DNA of 64,000 bases, taken from positions 63,692-127,691 of the forward strand of contig DATLSF010000024.1 in the NCBI GenBank assembly GCA_035534335.1. Direction: 5' to 3'. The DNA is from Acidimicrobiales bacterium. GTDB taxonomy: Bacteria; Actinomycetota; Acidimicrobiia; Acidimicrobiales; RAAP-2. Below the pieces are notes generated by a model that had not been told where the DNA came from, did no database searches, and saw only the letters and a program-made list of their open reading frames with translations. Every line of letters starts with the position of its first letter. Within the stretch, counting starts at the first letter, position 1. A program made the position numbers and the translations under genes. Below, in pieces: positions 29,788 through 39,025 of the stretch.

Positions 29788-31259
29788 GCGCCGTCACCAC
29801 GCCGTCGATCCACTACCTGGCCATCGCGCCGGTCATCATCCTCTTCGTCGCGGCGCTGGTACTCGTCTGCGCGACGGCACTGGTGCGCGGGGCGCTGCCG
29901 CGCGTGGTCTCGACCTCGGTCACGCTCATCGCGGCCCTCGGCGCGGGGGCCGTCGCGTGGTGGCAGTGGTCCTACGTGGCCGACCACGGCGCCACCACGA
30001 CGATCGCCCACGCGGTCGTGCTCGACGGCTTCTCGGTGGTCACCTCGGGGATCGTCGCGATCGGCCTGGCGTTGGCCACGCTCGTCGCCCACGACTGGTC
30101 GGCGCGTGAGCACGTTGCCGGCGCCGAGTACCAGGTGCTGAGCCTGGCCGCGGCGTCGGGCGCGATCCTCATGTGTCAGGCCAACGACCTCATCGTGATC
30201 TTCCTCGGCCTCGAGATCCTCTCCATCGGCCTCTACGTGCTGGTGGCCTTCGACCGCGAGCGCGCGACGTCCTCGGAGGCGGCACTGAAGTACTTCCTAC
30301 TGGGCGGGTTCGCCTCGGCGATCTTCATCTACGGCGCGGCGCTGGTCTACGGGGCAACGGGCAGCACCAACCTGACCTCGCTGTCGTACTACCTGGGCAC
30401 CAACACGCTGCTGCGACCGGGCCTGCTCTACGCCGGCGGGGGACTGCTCCTGGTCGGCTTCGCCTTCAAAGTGGCCGCCGTGCCCTTCCACCTCTGGTCG
30501 CCCGACGTCTATCAGGGCGCACCCACGCCGGTGACCGGCTTCATGGCCTCGATCGTCAAGGTCGGCGCCTTCGCCGCCTTCCTGCGCGTGACGGTCTCGG
30601 CCCTGGGCACCCAGATGGCCACGTGGCGCCCGATTCTCTTCGTGCTGGTGGTGCTGACCACGCTGGTTGGCGCCGGCCTGGCCACGGTGCAGCGCAACGT
30701 GAAGCGCATGCTCGCCTACTCGTCGATCAACCATGCGGGCTTCATCCTGCTCGGCCTCTACGCGGCCGACGCGCGCGGCAGCGCCGCCACGCTCTTCTAC
30801 CTCGCGACCTACGCGCCGGTGGTCGTGGCCACCTTCGCGATCGTCACCCTGGTGGGCGGCCGCGGCGACGAGGACCACGACATCAACGCCTACCGCGGGT
30901 TGGCGCGCCGCCAGCCGTGGCTGGGTGGCGCGCTGGCCGTGCTGCTGCTGAGTCAACTCGGCGTCCCCCTCACGACCGGCTTCTACGCCAAGTTTGCCGT
31001 GCTGGCCGCCACGGTCGACGCCGGCGGCGCCGCGCTGGCCCTGGTCGCGTTGCTGGGCGCGGCCATCGCCGCCTACTTCTACCTGCGCTGGGTGCTCGCC
31101 CTCTACGCCGACGAGGACCGTGACGCGACGCGCGTCGCGGTTCCGAGCGCGACCGGCTTGGTCATCGCGCTTGGTGTTGCGTTCACCGTGTTCTTCGGGA
31201 TCTGGCCCGGACCCTTGGCCGCCCTCAGCCAGCACGCCACCGTCCTCTTCACGCCGTGA
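29784..31259 (+). CDS. nuoN: NADH-quinone oxidoreductase subunit N
   Basis: EAALKYF, FKVAAVPFHLWSPDVYQGAP, KRMLAYSSI. Confidence 0.96.
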   Translation: MSAVTTPSIHYLAIAPVIILFVAALVLVCATALVRGALPRVVSTSVTLIAALGAGAVAWWQWSYVADHGATTTIAHAVVLDGFSVVTSGIVAIGLALATLVAHDWSAREHVAGAEYQVLSLAAASGAILMCQANDLIVIFLGLEILSIGLYVLVAFDRERATSSEAALKYFLLGGFASAIFIYGAALVYGATGSTNLTSLSYYLGTNTLLRPGLLYAGGGLLLVGFAFKVAAVPFHLWSPDVYQGAPTPVTGFMASIVKVGAFAAFLRVTVSALGTQMATWRPILFVLVVLTTLVGAGLATVQRNVKRMLAYSSINHAGFILLGLYAADARGSAATLFYLATYAPVVVATFAIVTLVGGRGDEDHDINAYRGLARRQPWLGGALAVLLLSQLGVPLTTGFYAKFAVLAATVDAGGAALALVALLGAAIAAYFYLRWVLALYADEDRDATRVAVPSATGLVIALGVAFTVFFGIWPGPLAALSQHATVLFTP

Positions 31260-32104
31260 AACGCGTGGCGCTGGCCACCGCGCATGTCTCGGATGACCCC
31301 GACGAGCCACTGCTCCTCGCCGCGTTGGCGGATGAGGGGATCTCAGCGCGCGCCGTGCCGTGGGACGCCAACGACCCCTTCGACGACGACCTGGTGGTCA
31401 TCCGCTCCACGTGGGACTACACGACGCGTCGTGACGAGTTCCTCGCCTGGGCCCGTGGCGTGGCACGCCTCGCCAATCCCTATGAGGTCGTGGCCTACTC
31501 CAGCGACAAGATCTACCTCGGCGACCTCGCCGCACGCGGACACGCCGTGGTGCCGACGACGTTCGTCGACGTGGGCGACGCGCCGAGCTTCTACGACGGC
31601 GATGTCGTCATCAAGCCGCGGGTGGGGGCCGGATCGCGGGATACGGCGCGATATTCGCCGGCCCAACGTGACGAGGCGTGGGCCCACGTGATGCGCCTCC
31701 ACCAGTCCGGACGCGACGTCATGATCCAGCCCTACGTGGACTCGGTCGATTCGCAGGGTGAGCGCGCCCTGGTCTTCATCGACGGCCAGTACTCCCACGC
31801 CATGACCAAGGGTGCGATGCTCAACGTGGCCGAGCTCGAGCGCTCGTGGGAGTTTCGGCTGGCGCAGATGTCGCCAGCCGCGGGCGAGCCGGAGGCGCTC
31901 GCGCTCGCGACACGGGTATTGGCCGACCAACCCGGCGACCTGCTGTACGCGAGGGTCGACCTGGTCCGCTGGGCGGGCGCATGGGTGGTGATGGAACTCG
32001 AACTAATCGAGCCGTCTCTCTTCCTCACTTACTATCCGCCGGCGGCCGTCGCGCTGGCGCGGGCGATTGACGGGCGCCTGGGCGGCCTCGTGGCGGACCC
32101 GTAA
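31256..32104 (+). CDS. ATP-grasp protein (RimK/glutathione-synthetase-like)
   Basis: IRSTWDY, DKIYL, VIKPRVGAGS, YARVD, MELELIEPSLF. GTGA overlap with nuoN. Confidence 0.8.
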   Translation: MKRVALATAHVSDDPDEPLLLAALADEGISARAVPWDANDPFDDDLVVIRSTWDYTTRRDEFLAWARGVARLANPYEVVAYSSDKIYLGDLAARGHAVVPTTFVDVGDAPSFYDGDVVIKPRVGAGSRDTARYSPAQRDEAWAHVMRLHQSGRDVMIQPYVDSVDSQGERALVFIDGQYSHAMTKGAMLNVAELERSWEFRLAQMSPAAGEPEALALATRVLADQPGDLLYARVDLVRWAGAWVVMELELIEPSLFLTYYPPAAVALARAIDGRLGGLVADP

Positions 32105-32143
32105 CCCCTCGATGGCGTCCTCCGTTGAGTCGCTCGCGTCGGC

Positions 32144-32707
32144 TCAGGCGGGCGTCTCATCGGCCTGCGCCTCATCGCCGACTTGGAAGTCCAGCAAGAG
32201 GTAGCCGGCCGGGGATACGCCGGGCCGAGTCAGAGTTAGCCGTCTCGACGGTCCCCCCGCGAAGAGCTTGCGGCCGTGCATCTGCAGGTCCGGCGCGACG
32301 GCGAGCCGCACCTCATCGATCCGCCCTTCTTTGAGTAGCGACTGTGTCAGTGCGATGCTCCCTTACACGCCGATATCGGCGCCCGGTCGACGCTTCAACT
32401 CGGCAATGAACGTGCGAAGGTCGCCGCCGATGACGGTGGTGTTCGCCCACGCCACGTCGGGTGTCGTTGAGGTCACGACGAATTTCTCGACGTCGTTAGT
32501 GAAGCTGGCGAACGGCTCGATATCGCTGGTCGGCCAGAACCTCGCCCACTCATCGCAGGTACGCCGGCCCAGGAGCACGGTGTCCAGGGTGGCGATGGTG
32601 CGAGCGCCGTACTCGTCCAACACTTCGTCCCCGTCGGTGACGAACTCGTCGGGCTGCTCGGCTACACCGTCGAGGGACAAGAACGATGACGCGACTACCT
32701 TGCGCAC
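32144..32707 (-). pseudogene. DHFR/RibD-C family protein interrupted by an in-frame TAA at 32365-32363
   Basis: SLDG, LLGRRT and KFVVTST motifs. The frame continues past the stop as GSIALTQSLLKEGRIDEVRLAVAP...GRKLF...GYLLLDFQV to TGA at 32146-32144 (188 codons). Confidence 0.8.
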
Positions 32708-32848
32708 GGCTTCGTCTCCTTGTTGGTGAAGAGGATGGAAGATACTGACGTACGACCGATCGAAGGCTAACTGGTGGACCGTCTAACGGACTCGCCACTT
32801 CGATGACTGCGCCATCATCTCTAGACGTGTTCGATCGAGGACGTCCAT

Positions 32849-35800
32849 CTAGCTCAGGCGACTCGCGCGGTGGGCGTCCGCCTCTTCAGTGGGGCGCTGT
32901 GCAGCCTCGAGGATCTCGGGCGGGATGACGGTGCCGGGTCGGTTTGCGGGGTCGTTGGCGAAGAATCGTCCCAGCACGGGAATCTCGGTGATCGATTCGG
33001 CGCGCAGCGTCGCCGCGACCACCGGAACGAAACTCTCGGCCGCGGGGTACACCAGGTAGCGCGGTAGCCACGCCGGGTCGTACTTGGCGTTGAAGGCCCA
33101 CAGCGACTCGATTGGCAGGATTCCCGAGAGTCGCTTGAGTGCCCAGCGCTCCACGCGGGTGAATGTGCCCTCGCCGCGCTCGCCGTCGAGCACCGATCGA
33201 AAGGCGGCGAAGTTGAGGCTGAGGCCGCGCCCGCCACTCGCGCGAACGTGCTCGATGGTCGAGCACAGCGCGTAGTCGATGAGTCCGTTGGGGTGTTCGC
33301 CGGGGTCGCGGCGCATCAGGTCCAGCGAGTAACCGTTGAGCGCGGGCGTCGGCACGAACTGACAGACCGCGACGGGACACCCATCGGGCCCGTGGACCAC
33401 CGTTAAGAGCAAACCCTTGTCCTTGGGGTCGAACAGGCGTCCCAACATCATCGAGAAGCCGCGTTCGCCTTCGCCGCGGCGCAACATCGAGATCACATTG
33501 ACGATCTCGGGCACCCGAGAAGGCTCGATGGTGCTGGGGTCGAGGAACTCCACGGTGTACCCGTGACGCGCGAGGCGCGTGCACGCCTGGCGCAGGCTCT
33601 TCATCTTGTGGCCGGACAGGGAGAACGTGGGGCAATCGACGATGGCCTCGTCGCCCAGATAGATCGAATGCAGTCCCGCGCCGTGGTAGATCGGCAGCCA
33701 CTCGGCCCCCGCGCCCATGATCCCGATGGTCCATCCGCGCGACTCCGCGAAGCTGCGAAACGCGCTGAACGACTCGGCGCGTTCGGCCCCGGGTCCAATG
33801 GGATCCGGTGAGATCAGCGCCACCCCGCCGTAGACGGCGTAGGCCACGAGTGAGTCACGGAAGAAGAAGAACTGTTTGTCGTCGCGCAGCGCGAAGTAAT
33901 CCAGAGTGCCACGTCCGTGGCGGCGCACAATCTCGCGCGCGCGGAACTCCGCCACGCGGCGTTCGGCGCTCGTGCCTTTCTCGGAGAGCCGGCGATCGAC
34001 CACCGGTCGAGTGATCAGGTAGATGGTCGTGACGACCAACGAGATGCCGACCGCCAGCAACGAGGGATTGATGAAGTCACCCACCCGATCCGGCAGCGTC
34101 GCCAGGCTGATCGCGGTAATGCCGACCATCCGCTCAGCGCAAGCGGCGAGGACGACTCCGAATGCCGGCAGGTGGCGATGAACGCCCGACGCCTCGATCC
34201 CACTCGCGCCCGCCAACACTGCGACCGCGGCCACGAGGCCGATGCGCGCCATTGCGACGGTGAGATTCGCGCGGTCGCTGGTCGCCTGGAAGTGGTCGCG
34301 CTCGATAACCAACAGCGCAAGGATTGACACTGCGACCAATGACGCGGTGACGCTGCCGCCGCGCGCCAGGTGGGCGACCACCGTGACCGCCAGAGCCAAC
34401 GAGGTGAGAAACCATGCTCGGCGCTGGCCGCGCCGAATCCCGCGGGCCATCATGATCATGGCCACACCGGCCACCGCCGTGAGGGCCGCGGCTGACTGGG
34501 CGACGCTGAGCGGGAGAACGTTGAGCACCGTATGTAGTCGGCTGCGCAACGGCGCCGACACGGTCACGGCGACGTTGACCAGACCGTCAACGAAGATGAG
34601 GCCCGACGCCCAACGGCGCACCGAACGGCGCCGGCGTTGCGCGCTGAGGCGGTCGTGGGATACCGGGAAGGGATTCCCGTTGGGCCACGAGCCAATCGTG
34701 AGCGTGGCCGCGCCCGGTTCTGGCTGCGCGGCGGCACCCCCGAGCAGGCGCTCGAGCAACCGGGCGCGCCAGCGCGGCGACTGGCCTGCGTAGAGGCGCA
34801 CCTGAACCGTCGAGGCAGCCTCGATCTCGACAACGCCAAGGCGCTCGGCCGTGGCGAAGACCGGAGGCAGACCCAGTCGGCCTCTCCTCTCGACAACGAC
34901 TGTTCCCGACGGACCCGGGGCCGCGCACATCCCGCGATCGAGGAATGCCAGGGCCGGTCGAGGGCAACCCCCGACGACGGCGCCCGCGCCGCCACGTTCG
35001 GCGACACGCCGTGCGAACTCCAGGGCGTCGACGTCGTCAACGTACGTGAGCGCGAGCGGCTCGAACGGGCCGGGTGGCTCGCTCGAGCGCGTGCCGCGCA
35101 CGAAGCGACGTCGCACGATGAGTCCGGCTACCGCGACTACGAGCGCCTCCACGAGCACGATGATGAGGAGATTTGCGGTGAGGTCGCCCCAGAAACTGGT
35201 CGTATGGGGAGTCTTCACCGTGATGTCGTGATGGGTGAAGTGACTCACGACCTCGAAGCCGGTATTGAGCAGATCGAAGATGGCCATCGCGATGACCGGG
35301 AACCACACCCACGGCGCAAAACGGCGGTAGAGGACGCGCGACGCGACGAAACGTTCCATCGCGGTGGGATCTTCGAGTCGTCGCGCGTCGTCACGCTCGG
35401 CGATGTCCGCGCGCTCGGCGTCGATGCTGGTGCGTCCGGCCGCGATCGCGAGATCGCGCACGCCGTTGGCAGTCGCGACCCGGAGCATGAGCTCGCCGGT
35501 GACCCGAACGCCGAGCGCGCCCAGGATCCTTCGCGCGCCCACGGAGTCGAGACTGGCGTCATCGCGACCCGGCAGGACGATGAGCTGGTGATCGCGGTTG
35601 GTGGTGAACGCTCGAATCGCCTCGACCAGCGGCTCCAGCGCGGCGAGTGTGCTGGTTAGCGCGACAACCGCGTCGCGGTCCGTCGGCGCCAAGAGATTGC
35701 CCGCGATGACGACCGTTGCGGGGTCGTCGATGTCGCCTAGCAGTTCCGTGAGCTCAATCACTGCGCGCCCGGCGGGATCACTGGAAACCGAGAGCCCGAG

Positions 35801-35866
35801 ATCGCTGACGACGTAGACGTGGTGGCCGTACGGGATCGGTAACGTCAACCGCTCACTGGGTGCCAC
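32849..35866 (-). CDS. Aminoacyl-phosphatidylglycerol synthase (MprF/LysX-type DUF2156 domain) with N-terminal metallophosphoesterase-like region
   Basis: C-terminal DDKQFFF, SPDPIG, LGDEAIVD, GERGFSM, SLDLMRR, FNAKY.P.W.PRY. About 6 TMs precede it. The N-terminus has SDL/GN/GRDD motif remnants. Confidence 0.8.
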   Translation of the reverse strand: MAPSERLTLPIPYGHHVYVVSDLGLSVSSDPAGRAVIELTELLGDIDDPATVVIAGNLLAPTDRDAVVALTSTLAALEPLVEAIRAFTTNRDHQLIVLPGRDDASLDSVGARRILGALGVRVTGELMLRVATANGVRDLAIAAGRTSIDAERADIAERDDARRLEDPTAMERFVASRVLYRRFAPWVWFPVIAMAIFDLLNTGFEVVSHFTHHDITVKTPHTTSFWGDLTANLLIIVLVEALVVAVAGLIVRRRFVRGTRSSEPPGPFEPLALTYVDDVDALEFARRVAERGGAGAVVGGCPRPALAFLDRGMCAAPGPSGTVVVERRGRLGLPPVFATAERLGVVEIEAASTVQVRLYAGQSPRWRARLLERLLGGAAAQPEPGAATLTIGSWPNGNPFPVSHDRLSAQRRRRSVRRWASGLIFVDGLVNVAVTVSAPLRSRLHTVLNVLPLSVAQSAAALTAVAGVAMIMMARGIRRGQRRAWFLTSLALAVTVVAHLARGGSVTASLVAVSILALLVIERDHFQATSDRANLTVAMARIGLVAAVAVLAGASGIEASGVHRHLPAFGVVLAACAERMVGITAISLATLPDRVGDFINPSLLAVGISLVVTTIYLITRPVVDRRLSEKGTSAERRVAEFRAREIVRRHGRGTLDYFALRDDKQFFFFRDSLVAYAVYGGVALISPDPIGPGAERAESFSAFRSFAESRGWTIGIMGAGAEWLPIYHGAGLHSIYLGDEAIVDCPTFSLSGHKMKSLRQACTRLARHGYTVEFLDPSTIEPSRVPEIVNVISMLRRGEGERGFSMMLGRLFDPKDKGLLLTVVHGPDGCPVAVCQFVPTPALNGYSLDLMRRDPGEHPNGLIDYALCSTIEHVRASGGRGLSLNFAAFRSVLDGERGEGTFTRVERWALKRLSGILPIESLWAFNAKYDPAWLPRYLVYPAAESFVPVVAATLRAESITEIPVLGRFFANDPANRPGTVIPPEILEAAQRPTEEADAHRASRLS

Positions 35867-35916
35867 GGGTCTAGTCTCGCAGAGTCGCCTGCGGAGTTGT
35901 CCGAGGCGCCAGACCC

Positions 35917-36405
35917 ATGGACGAGGACTACCGCAGAGACAACTGGCGCTGGCGCGACGAGCCGCGCGACCCTGGCCCGACGGTCGTCTTCGATATTGAC
36001 GGGGTTCTCGCCGACGCCGCCGGCCGTCAGCACTACCTCGACTGGGGAGACTGGAAGCAGTTCTTCGAAGCGTGCGGTGACGACCCGGTCATCGAGGAGA
36101 TTGAGCGTCTGCTCGAACTGCTCGACGCGTCACTGGCGATCGTCTTACTCACCGGTCGGCCGCGGCGGGTCCAGCCCCACACCCTGGCGTGGTTGGAGCG
36201 CTACGGCCTTCGCTGGGACCTGCTCATCATGCGCGAGTACGGCGACTACGCCGGCGTCGACGTGTTCAAGCGAGGTGCAGTCCGCGACCTGAAATCCCAA
36301 GGTTTCGACCTGCGACTCGCCCTCGACGACGATCCGAAGAACCACGCGATGTACATCAGCGATGGCGTCCCGTGCATTTACATCCACTCCGGTTACTACC
36401 TCTGA
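35917..36405 (+). CDS. HAD-superfamily phosphatase (T4 PNK 3'-phosphatase-like)
   Basis: FDIDGVLAD motif I, LTGRP motif II, FK motif III, LDDD motif IV. Confidence 0.8.
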   Translation: MDEDYRRDNWRWRDEPRDPGPTVVFDIDGVLADAAGRQHYLDWGDWKQFFEACGDDPVIEEIERLLELLDASLAIVLLTGRPRRVQPHTLAWLERYGLRWDLLIMREYGDYAGVDVFKRGAVRDLKSQGFDLRLALDDDPKNHAMYISDGVPCIYIHSGYYL

Positions 36406-36426
36406 CCTCGGATGTCCCGGCGCCGT

Positions 36427-37449
36427 TCAGCGCCGCGCGGCGAAGACGCGAAAACCCGTGGGCGACTCGCGAGTCGACACCGAAGAAAAGCCCGCAGCCT
36501 CGAACGCGCGCATCGCCCACGCCGGACCGTCGCCACCCGATTGACCGGCACCGCCGTTGCGCAGATTCTCCTGGAGGCAGTACATCAAACCGGTGCTGAA
36601 GACAATGGCTGACATCGGGCTCTGGAGGTCGGTCACGAGATCGCCGCTCGAAGCCGTTTCGGCGACCATGAACACCCCTCCGGGGGCCAAGGATGACTTG
36701 ACCTCGCTCGCGACCGACGCCGGATCTCCGAGATGGTGGAATGAGTCGAGGCACGTCACCAGCTGGTATGTGTCGCGCGGCATGGCGTTCGTACCTGCGG
36801 CCACTCCGCGCACATTGGCGAGTCCTTCGGTCCGGGCTCGAGTCACCGTGGACTCGACCAGATCCTCGTCGAGGTCGTAGGCAGTCACCTCAGCGGCGGG
36901 GAAGGCTCGCGCCATCAACAAGACGGCCTCTCCGGTGCCGCTGGCGAGATCGGCGATACGCCCGCCGCGCAACAGCTCGTCGGTTACGCCGTCGCACCCG
37001 CCGATCCACTCGTCGACGAGCGCGGAACGATAGATCGGCGCGTTGATACGCCCCACGGCATCGCCGTAGACGTCGTGGAACCGCTGCGGGGCGATTCCGG
37101 TTCCGGTGCGGATGGCCGCGACGACGTCGCCCGTGAGGGCGCCCGACCGTTCGACGAAATCGACGATGGCCCGCGCGTCAACCGGAAACTTCGATCCGAG
37201 GACGAAAGACGTCATCGGTTCGATCGTGAATTGTTGCCCGTCGTACGTCGCGTAGCCCGCGGCGGCCATGGCGCGCAGCCACTCGAGTGTGTTGCGCTCG
37301 TCTGTCCCCGATCGCTCGGCAATCTCGCGCGCAGCACCGGGCTGGGCGCGCAACGCATCCAGCATCCCGGTGCTCGCGCCGAGTGCGCACGTGGTGATGG
37401 CGTACCAACCCAGCAGGTCGGACATCCACTTCGGACGCTCGTCGGCCAT
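36427..37449 (-). CDS. Class I SAM-dependent methyltransferase with N-terminal winged helix
   Basis: ERNTLEWL, DLASGTG, YDLD, LDSFHHLGDP, MYCL. ATG 37449 follows a GGAGG SD. Confidence 0.85.
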   Translation of the reverse strand: MADERPKWMSDLLGWYAITTCALGASTGMLDALRAQPGAAREIAERSGTDERNTLEWLRAMAAAGYATYDGQQFTIEPMTSFVLGSKFPVDARAIVDFVERSGALTGDVVAAIRTGTGIAPQRFHDVYGDAVGRINAPIYRSALVDEWIGGCDGVTDELLRGGRIADLASGTGEAVLLMARAFPAAEVTAYDLDEDLVESTVTRARTEGLANVRGVAAGTNAMPRDTYQLVTCLDSFHHLGDPASVASEVKSSLAPGGVFMVAETASSGDLVTDLQSPMSAIVFSTGLMYCLQENLRNGGAGQSGGDGPAWAMRAFEAAGFSSVSTRESPTGFRVFAARR

Positions 37450-37530
37450 ACCCACCTCCCCGGGGTCGCCGCACTTCGCCGGGTCTTGGAACCCGTCGCG
37501 TCGGCCACCTATTTTGGGTCGTCGTCGCGG

Positions 37531-37559
37531 ACACTAGCGGTGGTCGTAGCGGGCGTCAA
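37531..37559 (-). promoter_or_regulatory. Near-consensus sigma70 promoter TTGACG-N17-TAGTGT for the methyltransferase
   Basis: -35 TTGACG at 37559-37554, 17-nt spacer, -10 TAGTGT at 37536-37531. Confidence 0.65.
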
Positions 37560-37597
37560 CCCGCTGTACGTTTCCAGCATCCGACCTGTGACGACGA

Positions 37598-39025
37598 TCA
37601 GGTTGGGCCCAAAAGCTTCAGGACCTCGCCTGCGGCGCGCCGACCCGACCCGATCGAGGCGGGCACACCAACACCGTCGTAGGCGCCGCCCGCGAGAGCC
37701 ACGCCGAGGGCGGCGGCGGCGCCGCGGGCGCCGCCCACCATTGCTTCGTGGTCCACTCGGTATTGGGGCAGGCCCTTGGGCCAGCGTTGAACTATCGCGT
37801 CTCGCGGCGCCCCGGCGCGCGCCAGCACGACCGCGAGCTCGGTGGCTACTCGTGCGGACAGCTCGTCATCGCTGAGTGACGCCCAGCGGTCGTCGTCGCT
37901 GCGCCCCACGTGCGCGCGAACTAGGACGTCGTCGTCGCGTCGCAGGTGCGGCCACTTGCGATCGAGGAAGGTAATGGCGGTCACCATGAGGGTCCCCTCG
38001 CCGCGCCACGGCGTGCCGAGGGGTATCAGGACGCCGGTGCCGTGCGCAGGCAACGTGAGCTCGTCGCGCGAATAGGAGAGCGTGACCATCGCCGCCCCGG
38101 CGTACGTGACCGCTCCCAGCGCCGCCAGCGCCGGGTCCATCTCGCCGAGCAGTCGAGCGGCGACCGGTGCGGGCGCGGCGAGAACCACCGCGTCGGCCGG
38201 GGTCGTCGTACTGGCCGTGTCGACCTCCCATGGATAGTCGCCGGAGCCGCTGCGTCGAAGCGCCGTGACGGCGACGCTCTCCCTGATGAAGACGCCTCGT
38301 TCGCGCAGCTGACGCGCCAGCTGCATCGGCAGAGACCCGACGCCCTCGGCTAGGGAGTAGAAGAGTGGCCCGGGGCTCGCGGCTGTCGGGGAGTGGCCCG
38401 GGCCAGAACGCGCCGGTCGCAAGCCCTTCATCAACGACCCGCCCCGACGCGCCGCTTCATATAGGTCCGGAAAGATCGACTTCGCCGAGAGGTCGTCGAT
38501 GCGACCCGCCTGTATGCCGCCCACCATCGGCTCGACGAAGCGGTACGCGAGTTCGGCGCCGAGCTTGGTGCGCACTATCTCACCGATCGTGATGTCGTCA
38601 CCGACGTCGAGGGCCCGAGGAAAGTGCTCGTCGCGCCAGGCCGCCCACCGCGCATGTCGACTCAGTCCCGCGACGGCTCGCACAGTGTCGAACGACGTCG
38701 GTACGCCGAGAACGACTCCGGCGGGAATCTCGTAGAGGGCGCCGCGCAGCCAGATGCTGGCGCCACTGGCGTCAACGGCCTCCAATTGATCGGCGAGACC
38801 CAACTCGGTGACCAGCGCGGTCGCCTCGTGGCGGCGCGCCAGGTACCCATCCGCGCCAAGGTCGATCTCGCGGCCGGCGAAGCTAGTGGTCGCGAGCAAT
38901 CCGCCCACGCGCGACGACGCCTCGATGACCTCAATGCGCGGTGGCTCCGTGGCGCGACTCAGTTCCCACGCCGCGGCCAAGCCGGCGATTCCTCCACCTA
39001 CGACCACCACCGACGAGCGCGTCAC
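37598..39025 (-). CDS. hemY: Protoporphyrinogen/coproporphyrinogen oxidase (HemY/CgoX)
   Basis: VGGGIAGL, DLGADGY, EPMVGGIQAG, RW..GLPQY, GAYDGVGVPASI. Confidence 0.92.
   Translation of the reverse strand: MTRSSVVVVGGGIAGLAAAWELSRATEPPRIEVIEASSRVGGLLATTSFAGREIDLGADGYLARRHEATALVTELGLADQLEAVDASGASIWLRGALYEIPAGVVLGVPTSFDTVRAVAGLSRHARWAAWRDEHFPRALDVGDDITIGEIVRTKLGAELAYRFVEPMVGGIQAGRIDDLSAKSIFPDLYEAARRGGSLMKGLRPARSGPGHSPTAASPGPLFYSLAEGVGSLPMQLARQLRERGVFIRESVAVTALRRSGSGDYPWEVDTASTTTPADAVVLAAPAPVAARLLGEMDPALAALGAVTYAGAAMVTLSYSRDELTLPAHGTGVLIPLGTPWRGEGTLMVTAITFLDRKWPHLRRDDDVLVRAHVGRSDDDRWASLSDDELSARVATELAVVLARAGAPRDAIVQRWPKGLPQYRVDHEAMVGGARGAAAALGVALAGGAYDGVGVPASIGSGRRAAGEVLKLLGPT

Noticed and set aside
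32708-32848. Possible TetR-like operator or gene remnant upstream of the DHFR-like gene
   Set aside because: No clean palindrome or coding motif found.
37450-37530. SAH or SAM riboswitch in the methyltransferase leader
   Set aside because: It has a GCGACGGG...CCCG stem but lacks the GAGGAGCG/CAGGCUC-type elements. Kept only as a generic structured leader.
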